From NCBI GenBank assembly GCA_963708025.1, contig CAVPSB010000013.1, positions 320,001 to 384,000 on the forward strand: DNA of 64,000 nucleotides. Direction: 5' to 3'. A program made the translations under genes and the position numbers. The notes beneath the pieces were generated by a model. The model did not search any database, was not told where the DNA came from, and was given only the letters and a program-made list of their open reading frames with translations. This DNA is from an uncultured Candidatus Rokubacteria bacterium. GTDB taxonomy: Bacteria > Methylomirabilota > Methylomirabilia > Rokubacteriales > DASRDR01. Positions 10,630 to 21,123 of this stretch are shown one piece after another; position 1 is the stretch's first letter; the number at the start of each line of letters is the position of its first letter.

Positions 10630-13381
10630 CGGGGCTCCGCGCCGCGCTCCGCCCCGTCGTGGTGGCGTGCGCGATGCTGGCGGGCGCGCTCCCGGGCGCG
10701 GCCCGCGCCGGGGACGGCGGGCCGGCGGTGGTCGGCGTGGATGTCGTCGTGCCCGAAGGGGTCCCGGAGCCGCTCGTCCGCGAGGCGATCGGGGAGATGG
10801 CCGGGCGGCCTCGCTCGCGCCGCGCGGTCCGGGAGAGCCTGGAGCGCCTCTGGTCGCTGGGGCTCTTCGCCGACGTCCAGGTCGAGGAGGTCGAGGGGCC
10901 AGACGGGGTGCGTCTCCGGTATCGCCTGACCCCGCGGCCGCTCGTCCACCGCATCGCGTGGCGCGGCGACGCGGGGCTGGACCTCGCCCAGCTGGCCGGA
11001 GCCGCGGCGCTGGCGATCGGCGAGGAAGCGTCGCCCGAGCGGCTCGCGCGCGCCCGGGCGGACCTGCTCGCCCTCTATCGCCGCGAAGGATTCCTTGACG
11101 CCGTGGTCGACGTCGACTCCTCCGGCGGCGACGTGGCACGGGACGTCACGTTCGACCTCGCCGCGGGGGCGCCGGCGCGATTCGCCGACGTCCGCCTCGA
11201 GGGCACGCTGGGGCTGCCCGCCGAGACGGCGGTTGGGGTGCTCGGACTCGGCGCCGGCGACCGCTACCGGGAGGCCGCGGTGCGCGACCGGGTCCGGGCC
11301 CTCGAGGAGCGACTGCGCCGCGAGGGGTTCTTCGAGGCGCGCGTGACCGCGCGGCCGCCGTCGCGGGAGGCCGCTTCCGACCGGGTCGGCTCATCGTCGA
11401 CGTGGCCGCCGGCCGCCGATACGTGGTCACGTTCGCCGGTCGCCGCGCGCTGGCCGAGTCGCTCCTGCGAAGCCGGCTCACCTTCCTCGACAGCGGCGTG
11501 GTGGACGACTTCGAGGTCGAGGCGAGCGCCCGGCAGCTCGAGGCCGTGTACCGGGAGCGGGGATACGCCTTCGCCCGGGTGGCGGGAACGCTCGACGGCT
11601 CGGCCGACCCCCCGGCGCTCCGCTTCGACGTGACGGAGGGACCGCAGGTGCGCGTCGCCTCGGTCACCTTTCGCGGCAACGCCGCGCTCAGCACGAAGCG
11701 GCTGCAGGCGGCGGTCGCCACCAGGCCGCCCGCCCTTTTCCAGAAGGGGCTGTTCCGGCAAGACGTCCTCGACGGGGACCTGGCCGCGCTCCAGGCCCTC
11801 GCCCGGGCGGAAGGGTTCGCCGATGCGACCGTGGGGCCGGCTGACGTCCGCTTCGAGAACGGCCGGAGCCTCGCGCACGTCGTGATCCCGATCGTGGAGG
11901 GCACGCGCGTCACCGTCGGAGGCGTCGCGGTGGAAGGCCGGACGCTCGTCGCCGAGCCAGAGCTGCTCGCCGTCGTCGCGATCAGGCCGGGCGATCCCTG
12001 GAACCCCGCCCGGGTCGAGGACGGGCGGCGGGGCATCGAGCGGCTGTACGGGCGACGCGGGTATCCCGGGGCGACGGCCGACGCGGCGGTGACCCGCGAG
12101 GGCTCCCAGGTGGCGATCGTCTTCCGCGTCGCCGAGGGGAGCCCCACCCGCGTCGGGCGCATCCTGCTGCGCGGGCTCGTGGTGACGACGGAGGCCACCG
12201 TGCGCCGGCAGCTCGGCTTCGAGTCCGGCGATCTCTTCGACCCGGATCGTCTCCTCGGGGCCCAGCGGCGGCTCGAGCGGCCGGCGGCGCTGGCGAGCGT
12301 GGAGGTCGGGCCGCGACGGCCCGCCCCGACGCCCTTCGCCGACGTCGAGGTGAGCGTGGCGGAGCAGAAGCCCTGGCGGTTCGAGCTGGGCGCCGGCTAC
12401 GACACCGCCGAGGGCGCGCGCGGCTACCTCGAGCTGGGCCACGACAACCTCTTCGGGACCGCGCGGAGCGCCAGCGTGCGGATCAAGGAGGCCATCGGGG
12501 GCGACGCGATCAGGCGCCTCGAACGGCTCGACCTCGCCTATCGCGAGCCGTGGATCGCGGGGACGGACTGGCAGGCCGAGGCCGAGGTGTTCGCCGAGCA
12601 GACCGAGAACCTCGGCTACGACCTCGAGCGCCTGGGGCTCGTCGCCTGGGTCGGCGACGACCTCCTCAACCCGCGCGGCCCGCAGACCCTCCGCTATCAG
12701 CTTCGCTACCGGCTGGAGGGCGTGCGGACCTCGAACGTCAGCCCCGACCTCCAGGCGCAGGGTGTCCCGTCGGGCACCCAGCGCGTCGCCAGCCTCACCC
12801 CGGCCGCCGTGTGGGATTTCCGCGACGACCGCTTCAACCCCCGGCGCGGCAGCGTCCATCGAGTGTCACTCGAGGTGGCGCACGACGCCGTGGGTGGGGA
12901 CGTCGAGTTCGTGAAGAGCGAGCTCGCGACCAGCTGGTTCTTCTCCTGGCTGCCCCCCACCGTGCTCGCGTTCTCCGGTCGCCTCGGGCTGGCCTCCCCG
13001 TTCGGCCGGACGGACAGCCTGCCGATCGAGGACCGGTTCTTCACGGGCGGGAGCACGAGTGTCCGCGGGTTTCGCGAGAACCGGCTCGGCCCCCGCGATG
13101 CCGCCGGCAACCCGACCGGCGGCAACGCGCTGGTGGTGCTGAGCGCGGAGTGGCGCTTCCCGCTCTGGGGCTGGCTCGGCGGCGCCGTGTTCATCGACGC
13201 CGGCACGGTCACGCCGGAGGTCGGGGACCTCAGCCTGTCGGCGCTGCGGTCGGGCGCCGGCGCCGGCCTCCGGGTGGCGACGCCGGTCGGGCCGATCCGC
13301 CTCGACGCCGGCTACGCGCTCCAGCCGATTTCCGGCGAGAGTCGCTTCCAGGTCTACCTGACCGTGGGATTCCCCTTCTGA
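10626..13381 (+). CDS. bamA: Omp85 family outer membrane assembly factor (BamA/TamA-like, about 5 POTRA domains); frameshift near 11390
   Basis: ATGA overlap with tamB, signal peptide and repeated YxxxGY/F POTRA motifs. Barrel motifs RFFTGGSTSVRGF, GAGAGLRVATPVGPIRLD and terminal F. Confidence 0.85.
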
Positions 13382-14037
13382 TGCGGAGCCTCCGCGCCCT
13401 GGTCGTCCTCGGGGTCCTGGCGGCGGTGGCGACCGGCCGGACCGAGGTTCGCTTCGTCGACTCGGTCGTGGCCGAAGTGGACGGGGCGGTGGTCGCCGCG
13501 AGCGACGTCGCGCTGGCCCGTGCGCTGGGGCTCTTCGGCCTGGCGCCGGCAGCGGGACCGCTCTCGGCGGCGGAGCTCGAGCGCTACGCGGACAGCCGCC
13601 TCCTCCTCCGGGAGGCGACGCGGATCGGCGTGGAGGTCGCCGAGGCGGACCGGGCGGCGGCGTGGGACGCGGTCGCGGCCCGCGGGGGCGGCGAGACCAC
13701 GCTGGCGGCGTGGCTCGCGGCCGCCGACATCGACGTCGCCTGGGCGCGCCGGACGGTCGACGACGACCTGCGCATCCGTCGCTTCGTCGAGCTGCGCTTC
13801 CGCGCGCTCGCTTTCGTCTCGGAAGCCGAGCTGGCCGCCACGCTCGGACCCGGTGCCCACTCCGAGGCGGAGCGCGAGGCGGCGCGCGCCCGGCTCGAGG
13901 AGGACACCACCCGCCACCGCCTCGCGGAATGGCTTTCCGAGGCGCGGGCGCGTGGGATGGTTCACCGGCTCACCGGCCAGAGCGGTCAGGTGCCCGATCC
14001 GCTGCCCGGCCCTCCAGGCGCGGGCATCCGCCGCTGA
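13381..14037 (+). CDS. SurA N-terminal-like periplasmic protein lacking a PPIase domain
   Basis: TGATG overlap with bamA. Signal peptide then VDSVVAEVDGAVVAASDV, and C-terminal LAEWLSEARAR. Confidence 0.65.
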   Translation: MRSLRALVVLGVLAAVATGRTEVRFVDSVVAEVDGAVVAASDVALARALGLFGLAPAAGPLSAAELERYADSRLLLREATRIGVEVAEADRAAAWDAVAARGGGETTLAAWLAAADIDVAWARRTVDDDLRIRRFVELRFRALAFVSEAELAATLGPGAHSEAEREAARARLEEDTTRHRLAEWLSEARARGMVHRLTGQSGQVPDPLPGPPGAGIRR

Positions 14038-14321
14038 TCCCCCGGGAGGCCGCGCCGCCTCCGATTCGTCTCTTGACCCCTGCGGCTTCCGGCCGCGGGA
14101 GTCGGAGCACCCGGCTCACGGCGACTCGGGCCGGGCGGACTCGGGGAGACGTGCGTGAGCCCCGCCCCTCCGGATGCAGTTGACGCCGGACTTGCCGGGA
14201 TGCGCCGCCGCCGCTTCCTCGAAGACCCGGCCCCGCTCAGTCGCGGCGCCCCCGACGACAGCGCAAGTATCCGAGCATCCCGGCATCGCCCCCGGTCCGG
14301 GGTGGCTTGTTGCTCGGGGTG

Positions 14322-14894
14322 TCACTGGACCTCGTTCTTCTTGAAACGCGAGCCCGAGAACGACAGATCCCCCATCAAGCCCTTGTCGCCGAAGATGAAG
14401 GACACGATGTCTTTCTTCAGATTGGTCGTATCGAGAGCGCCGCCAGCGCCCACCTTGGCCACGGCCACCGACGCATCCACGCCCATCTCCCATTCGCGCT
14501 CGCCCTTGGTGAACTTGGCCACCGCGTCGTCCGTGTTCAGCGCCAGGATCATCGAGTACGATGCGATGCCTACGAGGAGTCCCCCCTTGAGCGCCGACGT
14601 CCCGTAGTAGATCGACTTTGGGGCCCCCTTGGTCAGCACGCAGTTGCCTGACTCAATGCCGATGATAAAGCCCCCCTTGGTGATCTTCGGGCACACCAGG
14701 ACACCCTTGGCGTTGGCGAACACCGCCTCGGCGCCCTTCGTGTCTGCCTGGAACTTCGCCAGCGTGGCCTTCGCCTCGGCATCCAGCTTGGCCGCTTCCT
14801 GGGCCGTGAGGGCCGCCGCGGCCTGACCCGACAGGACCAGACCAACCGCCACGACACCGCTCATCAGGCCTGCAGTGATCCTTCGAGTGAACAT
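14322..14894 (-). CDS. YSC84/SYLF lipid-binding domain protein
   Basis: Signal peptide. AKGVLVCPKITKGGFIIGIESGNCVL, WEMGVDASVAV, KGLMGDLSFSGSRF. Confidence 0.88.
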   Translation of the reverse strand: MFTRRITAGLMSGVVAVGLVLSGQAAAALTAQEAAKLDAEAKATLAKFQADTKGAEAVFANAKGVLVCPKITKGGFIIGIESGNCVLTKGAPKSIYYGTSALKGGLLVGIASYSMILALNTDDAVAKFTKGEREWEMGVDASVAVAKVGAGGALDTTNLKKDIVSFIFGDKGLMGDLSFSGSRFKKNEVQ

Positions 14895-15122
14895 GCGTCT
14901 CTCTCCTCTCAGTTAGTGAGCCCAGGCGCCGCCACGCACCTTGGTCATCGCACGCCTTGTGGCGCCTCTGCCCGGGAGACGCGGCGGCGCGGCATCAGTA
15001 TAGCGCCCCTCACGGCACGGCGCGAGGGGGCGCGCGCCCAATGCGCGCCCCACACCTTCAAGCCACCAGCACGTATCGTCGTTGACTACCTCCTCTCGGC
15101 GAGGACCGAGAAGGGGCCCCTC

Positions 15123-15151
15123 CCCGCTCCGGGGTGAGAGCCCGGAGCGGG
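15123..15151. terminator. GC hairpin downstream of the fasciclin gene
   Basis: cccgctccggg...cccggagcggg inverted repeat. No clear U tract. Confidence 0.4.
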
Positions 15152-15169
15152 TCGAGGGATGGGATCCAC

Positions 15170-15670
15170 CTACCGCGGCATCATGACTTTGTCGATGGCG
15201 TGAATCACGCCGTTGGTGGCCGGAATGTCCGCCTGGACCACCCTGGAGGTCTCGACCATGACGCCCGCGGTGCTCCCCGTGTTCACCCGGACGGGCTCGC
15301 CCAGCACCGTCTTGATCTCGCTGTACATCGTGAAAGTGCCGATCGGCACCTTGCCAGGGACGACGTGGTAGGTCAGGACCTTGGTGAGCGCCGCCTTGTT
15401 CTGGAGCAACGAGTCGAGGGTGCCCGCCGGCAGCTTGGCGAACGCCTCGTCGGTCGGCGCGAAGACCGTGAACGGACCGGGTTCCTTCAGCTTGTCGACC
15501 AGGCCGGCTTCGGTCAGCGCTCGCGTGAGGGTCTTGAAGTTACCTGCCTCGATGGCCGTGTCCACGATGTTCTTGGGGGCCTGGCTCAGCCCGGGCAGCG
15601 CGGTCCCGCTGAACAGCGCGGCGGCGACGGCGACGGCGGCGACGATGCGAGTGAACCTCCCGTTGAGCAT
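15170..15670 (-). CDS. Fasciclin (FAS1) domain protein
   Basis: AGGAG RBS and signal peptide. GPFTVFAPTDEAF, VLTYHVV, NGVIHAIDKV. Confidence 0.93.
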   Translation of the reverse strand: MLNGRFTRIVAAVAVAAALFSGTALPGLSQAPKNIVDTAIEAGNFKTLTRALTEAGLVDKLKEPGPFTVFAPTDEAFAKLPAGTLDSLLQNKAALTKVLTYHVVPGKVPIGTFTMYSEIKTVLGEPVRVNTGSTAGVMVETSRVVQADIPATNGVIHAIDKVMMPR

Positions 15671-15868
15671 ATCTCCTGGCTCCTTTTCTGATGCGGGCGC
15701 AGCCGCATCGGTCCTGCTGCCTACTCCCGCGGGAGCGCCGGGCAAGAACTGGCGACGCTCGGCATGCGGCCGACCCGGCGGACGTAGGCAGCGCACGCGT
15801 CCGGCGCTGGCTTCGAGATGCCCTGACACATCAAGGATGCTTCCACGTCGCGGTCAAAGGTCATGAGG

Positions 15869-17407
15869 TCAGGCCCCGCGGACGCTGCCCTCGCTCGGTC
15901 CCAGGCCCTCTCCGAGGGCGCGCGCGACGACGCGAGCGGCCGCCTCGCGAGAGCCCAGGCCGAAGGCGAGGGCCAGGGCCAGGCAGACGGCCCCGAAGAG
16001 CAGGACGAAGGCCCACACCACGATCGTCTCCCCGAAACCGATCTGTTGGAGCGCCATGGCGAAGGCAAAGATCACCACGGCATATTTCGCGAGGGCGGCG
16101 ATCGCCTGGGGACGACGGGCCCCTGTCCGCGCGAGCGGGCCCCCGACGAGCCCCTGCACCAGGTTCCCGGCCCAGAGTCCGACGCCGACAATGGCCGTCG
16201 CGATCACGACGTTGATCATGAAGGCCACCAGACGGTCCCCAAATCCCGCGAGTCGGTGAAGCCCGATGACCTCGAAGGTCTCGACGCTGGCAAAGACCAG
16301 GACGAGCGTCTGGACGGCCACCCCCGCAAGATCGGAGGGCGTCCTCCCTCCCGGCGACTGAAGCGCCGCCAGGCCAAGCCGTGCCGGCAGGCCATCGAAC
16401 CCGACGCCGCGGAGCAGCTGGGTCACGAGGTTCCCCACCAGTCGGCTGACGAGCCAGGCGAGGATCAGGAGCACGGCGCCCCCGAGTCCCTTCGGCACCC
16501 AGGCGAGGAGGGTATCGAGGGCGTTGATGGCGGGACGTGAGATCGCCTCGATCTTCAGCGCGTCGAGCCCCGCGATGATGAAGGGGATCCAGACCACGAA
16601 GTAGACGATCGTCCCCACGAGGGCTGACAGGCGCACCCCCCCGAGGGCCGGCGCGAGGCCGACGCGCTCCACCCCCCGGTCGAGGCCGACCCCGGCCAGA
16701 AGATTGCGGACCACCTGTCGAAGGATCCGCGCCACCACCCAGCCCAGTGCGATGCTGACGGCTGCCGCGGCCAGATTGGGGAGGTAGGAGAGGAGGATGC
16801 GCAGCATCTCGGAGAGCGGGGCCACGAGCGCGCCCTGTCCCAGGGCGGCGAGGAAGGGGGGGACCGCCAGGAGGAGCACGAGGTAGAAGGTCAGGGTTCC
16901 CATCGTCTGCGAGAGGCCGCGAGGGTCCGTCCCCTCGGGAACGAGGAAGTGGCCGAATCGCCGCTCGACGTCGAGCCGGGTGAGGGTACTCACGACCAGC
17001 AACCGGAGCAATCCGGCGAGGATCCAGGCCGCCACGAAGATCAGGCCGGCGTGAAGAACGCTTGGCGCGACTCGGGCGATCGCGTCCGCGACGCCCTTGA
17101 GGGGTTCGGCCACCAGCGTGAGCCCCACTTCATTGAAGAAGCCGATCCACACGAAGAGCATGATGACCCAGAACGTGATCCGCGCCGCCACCGACCGCAC
17201 CGCTTCGGGCGCGCCGGGCTTCGTGAGTCCGATGGCCTCGGCAGCCCGCGTGTCGAGCCTGGTGCGGCCCAGGGCCCGGCTCAGGAGCCCGGCGGCGATC
17301 TTGGCGACGACGTACCCGACCAGTAGGATGACCAGACCGAAGAGGAGAGATGGCAGGTCGGTGGCGATTCGCTGCACGGATGGCGCGAGGGTCTCGCTGA
17401 CTTTCAT
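15869..17407 (-). CDS. Conserved TM-helix repeat protein (CmpX / mechanosensitive-channel-associated)
   Basis: Repeated LPxLxxA...GW/YxxA TM units and terminal ALALAFGLGSRE. GGAGG RBS. Confidence 0.85.
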   Translation of the reverse strand: MKVSETLAPSVQRIATDLPSLLFGLVILLVGYVVAKIAAGLLSRALGRTRLDTRAAEAIGLTKPGAPEAVRSVAARITFWVIMLFVWIGFFNEVGLTLVAEPLKGVADAIARVAPSVLHAGLIFVAAWILAGLLRLLVVSTLTRLDVERRFGHFLVPEGTDPRGLSQTMGTLTFYLVLLLAVPPFLAALGQGALVAPLSEMLRILLSYLPNLAAAAVSIALGWVVARILRQVVRNLLAGVGLDRGVERVGLAPALGGVRLSALVGTIVYFVVWIPFIIAGLDALKIEAISRPAINALDTLLAWVPKGLGGAVLLILAWLVSRLVGNLVTQLLRGVGFDGLPARLGLAALQSPGGRTPSDLAGVAVQTLVLVFASVETFEVIGLHRLAGFGDRLVAFMINVVIATAIVGVGLWAGNLVQGLVGGPLARTGARRPQAIAALAKYAVVIFAFAMALQQIGFGETIVVWAFVLLFGAVCLALALAFGLGSREAAARVVARALGEGLGPSEGSVRGA

Positions 17408-17585
17408 GTGGCACCTCCCATGGTGTGGTCGATGAACCCCACGTGTTTCATCTCAACCCCTTCGGTGCGTCGAGACTCGGACCGCCGCTAATGATCCGTG
17501 CGCGGCTGCCTCGATCCCTCCTGTACCTTTCCCGGGTCAACGGCCGCGAGCGCGGCGACCCGGATAAGCCGCTGTTGCCGAGCCG

Positions 17586-17837
17586 TCAGCCATCTCGAGA
17601 CGATTCGATGCCGGCCAGCATCGCCTTGACGAACGCGAGCAGGTCGTCGATCGACGCGAACCGCGATCGGCGGCCCGTCTGCAGATGCTCGATCCGCTCC
17701 GCGACGGTTCCCAGCCGGGCGTCGGTCTCGGCACCGAACTGCACCACGAAGGCATTCGAGAACGGCAGCAGCTGCCGGTTCTCGGCCCGGTCTGGAACGG
17801 GGCTTTCCGCTCTTTCACGAGGATCGTCATGCGCCAT
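17586..17837 (-). CDS. Small hypothetical protein, 83 aa (AFVVQF...RIEHLQTG family), copy 1
   Basis: 64/83 aa identical to 36589-36840, with largely conservative changes in the core. Confidence 0.8.
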   Translation of the reverse strand: MAHDDPRERAESPVPDRAENRQLLPFSNAFVVQFGAETDARLGTVAERIEHLQTGRRSRFASIDDLLAFVKAMLAGIESSRDG

Positions 17838-17876
17838 GATCTCGCCCGCCGTCCATCGGCATACTGCCCCGGCTGT

Positions 17877-17918
17877 CCGGCGGAAGTCCTGAGGGAAACC
17901 GCAAATTTCTCCAAAACC
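17877..17918 (-). promoter_or_regulatory. Conserved 42-bp upstream block, copy 1
   Basis: 41/42 identical to 36873-36914. Confidence 0.65.
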
Positions 17919-17954
17919 CTGGTCCGAGGCTGTGCGACGCGATCCTTGTCGTTA

Positions 17955-18212
17955 CCCTACTAAACCCCAATCGGCGAATAAGCGCAGGGTGACAGTGCGG
18001 GGAACATGAATCAAAGAGGCTTCCAATGCGCTCTTAAGGGAGAACACGCCAATGCACTCCCTCTAGCACTGGAGGCCCCTCTGATGCGCTTGAGCGTAGC
18101 GCGCTTGCGGCGGGTGGTCAAGCGTGATCTCACGATCCAGTTCGTCCCCCAGGCGCTCACGTCGTACGGCGGCCTGGAGCTGCTCGGGCGCTATCTGCAC
18201 CGGGTGGACCTG
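17955..18212 (+). mobile_element. Truncated IS1380-family element (left end and first 43 codons of transposase from 18084)
   Basis: MRLSVARLRRVVKRDLTIQFVPQALTSYGGLELLGRYL after a GGAGG RBS, with a lower-GC leader. Cut off exactly at the repeat at 18213. Left boundary approximate. Confidence 0.65.
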
Positions 18213-18253
18213 CAACACAATGGCCGTTCTCGGGCATGGCCTCCCCAGGGGGG
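18213..18253 (+). repeat. Left-arm repeat L1
   Basis: 40/41 identical to 21506-21546. Confidence 0.92.
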
Positions 18254-18295
18254 ATCCCGGGCGAGAAACGCAGTCAACCGGTGGCCGCGCGCCGC

Positions 18296-19831
18296 TCAGC
18301 GGCACTGGCCCGGCCCGTCGACGAGGAGGACGTAAGCCACCCGGAACCGGTAGTGCCTCGACAGACGAAAGGGGACGTCGATGACGCGCACCGGCTCCTG
18401 CCCGCTCCAGCCGACCCCGAGAGTGGCCGTGGCCCACTCGCGAAAGCCGGCGGGGACCGTGCGCTTCGGCTCCAGTTCCCACACCAGGAGACACTGGCCA
18501 TCGCGGAGGGACGAGTGGGGTGCCGGGACGTAGTCGGGGTTCGTGAGCCGGATCACGCGTGAGTCCGGAAACCGCAGCCGGAGGTTTCCCGCCAGGGCGC
18601 CGCCGCCTGCGACGATCGTGCCACGGGAGAACCCGGCGGCGGCGATCTCGCCGGCGACCCGGTCGTACGGCACGTTGAAGCTCGACGGCTGCCCGAGGAA
18701 ATCGCCTCGAGAGATGCTCACGACGATGGCCAGCACGATGGCGGCCTCGGCGACGAGCAGAACGCGGGCGAAGCGCCGGACCGGGACCTCCACGTCTCCC
18801 AGGCGGTCGATCCGCGTGAATGCGTAGAGCGGGACCAGGAGGTAGAACGGCATCACCCACCGGAACTTCAGGTAGGTCACTTCCCCGATCAGGACGCCGC
18901 CCACGAGGAGACCGAGCTCGACCACCAGGAAGCGCTCCAGGAGTCGGCAGCCCGGAGCGGCCGATGCGATCGCCCCGCGTGTCGTCCAGGCCTTCGGGAA
19001 GAGGAGGAGGAGAACGAGCGCAAGGGGCATCAGGTGATAGAACGTGACCCGCGCGAGGTAGTAGAGCCCGCTCGCCACGCCCCTCACGTAGGAAGCGGCC
19101 ACCTCCGGGCCAATCTCCTCGACGTACATGCCCGCCAGTGACAGCCGTCGCGCGTAGAACCAGCTGAGGTAGGGTGAGACGAGCGCGATCGTGATCCCGA
19201 GGGTGAGCAGCATTCGGGGGGCGAGCAGTCGAGCCCGGAAGCTGGGAACGGTGAGTGCCGCGAGGAGCAGGGCGGCTGCGAAGAAGAGATAGCTGAACTT
19301 GGACAGCGTTCCCAGGGCGAGGGCCAGCCCGAGCGCCAGATAGGCACCCCGGCTGGGCGAGGCTTCCAGCCGGAGGAGCGCGTAAAAGGTACCGCTGGCG
19401 GCGGCCAGGGCAGCCACCGTGTGGGTCAGGAGCTCGTGGATCACCCAGTTGACGGGAACCATGAGGAAGAGGGCGAACGCCGCCAGCGCGGCAAGCCGGG
19501 CATCGCTCAAGAGGCGCCGCCCGCTCAGATAGGCGAAGCCGTACACGAGCCCGAGCAGGAGATACTTGACCAGCGCGAGGCTGAAGATCCCGACGCCGAG
19601 GACCTGGAAGGCGCCGAAGACCAGCCAGTTGAAGAGGGGAGGTTGCTTCGGCAGGTAGCCCAACGCGAGGCTCTGGGCAAAGAACGCGTCGCGGGCGTCG
19701 TCGCTCGTGAGGGTCGTGGAGAGGGTGAGCCGGAGCAGGACGTGGATCGCGAGGTAGAGCGCCAGGAGAGCGACGAACCCCCGGGGCTCGAGGAGGATAG
19801 GCGCCGCCCGCCACCGGGACGAGAGGGTCAT
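18296..19831 (-). CDS. ArnT/PMT-like (GT39/GT83) membrane glycosyltransferase
   Basis: DD motif, LGYLPKQPPLFNWL and LGTLSKFSY. Many TM helices. Confidence 0.85.
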   Translation of the reverse strand: MTLSSRWRAAPILLEPRGFVALLALYLAIHVLLRLTLSTTLTSDDARDAFFAQSLALGYLPKQPPLFNWLVFGAFQVLGVGIFSLALVKYLLLGLVYGFAYLSGRRLLSDARLAALAAFALFLMVPVNWVIHELLTHTVAALAAASGTFYALLRLEASPSRGAYLALGLALALGTLSKFSYLFFAAALLLAALTVPSFRARLLAPRMLLTLGITIALVSPYLSWFYARRLSLAGMYVEEIGPEVAASYVRGVASGLYYLARVTFYHLMPLALVLLLLFPKAWTTRGAIASAAPGCRLLERFLVVELGLLVGGVLIGEVTYLKFRWVMPFYLLVPLYAFTRIDRLGDVEVPVRRFARVLLVAEAAIVLAIVVSISRGDFLGQPSSFNVPYDRVAGEIAAAGFSRGTIVAGGGALAGNLRLRFPDSRVIRLTNPDYVPAPHSSLRDGQCLLVWELEPKRTVPAGFREWATATLGVGWSGQEPVRVIDVPFRLSRHYRFRVAYVLLVDGPGQCR

Positions 19832-21123
19832 TCCCGGTACGCGGCGGGCCCGCCGGGGGCCATCACGGCCAGCGGCGTGCGGTGCCGCGGCCTCCCGATC
19901 CACCCGACAACCCCGTAGCCCGCCAGGACGCAGAAGAGCGGGTAGAGAGGCGCCGCGAACCGCAGGTTCCCGTTCGACACGAGCGCGTGAACCAGGGCGA
20001 AGCTGGCGATCAGCGGCCAGAGCCCGCCGGTCGGCTGGCCGCGCCGGAGCAGGAGGGCCGTTCCGACGAGGGCGAGCGGGTACGTGACCAGATACTGGAG
20101 CGCCAGGCCCCGGTAAAGCCAGGTGACCAGCCGGGCGCTGCCCGGACCCTCGAAGCCGTGCCACCACAGATTGGCGCGGGGTCGCACCGGGGAGAACAGC
20201 TCGACGACGCGGCGGAGGTAGATCGCCGCCGCCCGACCGGGTGAACGCTGCACGGCCTGCTTGATCTCCCCGAGCAGCAGCCGGTTGATCTGGGCCTCGT
20301 TCAGACCCCGGGCCACGGCGGCCCGCACGAGGCCGGCTCGGTCGATGGGGAATGCCCGCGAGTTGTGGAGGCCGAGGTTCGTCGAGAAGAGGACGACCTC
20401 GCCGAGCCGCGCGTGGTTCCGCGCCGCCCACCCCGCCACCGCCGCCGCCGACGGCGCGAGGGCCAGCGCGCAGAGGAGCGCCACGCGCCCGGCGCCGCCG
20501 CTTCGCGCCACCCGCCACAGGGCCGACGGGACCACGACCAGGGCGATGGGGCGCACGAACAGCGCAGCAGCCAGGAGGCAGCCGAACCCGAGCGCGGCGA
20601 CCGCGTGCGCCGCCACTCGTCCGGTGACGACCAGGAACGCCAGCCCTGCGAAGAGCGCGGTGAACAGGGACTCGGTCATCAGCGCGGGCGTCCAGATGAC
20701 GTGCAGCGCGAATAGCATCTGGGCCACCCGGCCGACCCCCGGCCCGAACAGCCGCCGACCCGTCAGCAGCACGAGGATCTCGGCGACCAGGTCACACAGG
20801 ACGTTGGCGAGGTAGGCGTGGATCGGGCGCCACCCGAAGAGCCCGTAGACGAGGGCCAGGAACACGGGATACCCGGGCATCCGGTACGCCCGGAACGTGA
20901 GGCCCCGGTAGGCCGCCGTCTCGCCGGCGTACTCCTGCTGATACCCGCGGCCGGCAAGGAGGCTCTCGGCGAGGGCGTGGTAGTCGCGAGTGTCGGCAAC
21001 CGGGTGCCAGGTCACGTGGCCGACGATGACCACCCGGAGCACCAGCGAGAAGACGAGGATGGCTGCTTCCGGCCAACCCAAGAAGAGGGGCGTGGGACGT
21101 GCTTCGTGACCGTGCGCCACCAT
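19828..21123 (-). CDS. ArnT/PMT-like membrane glycosyltransferase
   Basis: DTRDYHALAESL, AYRMPGYPVFLA, MTESLF, VRP and RF motifs. ATGA overlap with the downstream gene. Confidence 0.8.
   Translation of the reverse strand: MVAHGHEARPTPLFLGWPEAAILVFSLVLRVVIVGHVTWHPVADTRDYHALAESLLAGRGYQQEYAGETAAYRGLTFRAYRMPGYPVFLALVYGLFGWRPIHAYLANVLCDLVAEILVLLTGRRLFGPGVGRVAQMLFALHVIWTPALMTESLFTALFAGLAFLVVTGRVAAHAVAALGFGCLLAAALFVRPIALVVVPSALWRVARSGGAGRVALLCALALAPSAAAVAGWAARNHARLGEVVLFSTNLGLHNSRAFPIDRAGLVRAAVARGLNEAQINRLLLGEIKQAVQRSPGRAAAIYLRRVVELFSPVRPRANLWWHGFEGPGSARLVTWLYRGLALQYLVTYPLALVGTALLLRRGQPTGGLWPLIASFALVHALVSNGNLRFAAPLYPLFCVLAGYGVVGWIGRPRHRTPLAVMAPGGPAAYRE

Noticed and set aside
5409..12859. Long antisense and alternate-frame ORFs over tamB/bamA, and similar ones across the window
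   Set aside because: Arg/Pro/Gly-rich shadow ORFs expected at this GC content, with no motifs.
14040..14320. Structured RNA between convergent genes (gccgggatgc...gcatcccggc)
   Set aside because: A 10-bp inverted pair in very GC-rich DNA is not sufficient evidence.
18006..18335. 109-aa ORF as an intact gene
   Set aside because: It is a chimera of IS leader, transposase start and read-through across repeat L1.
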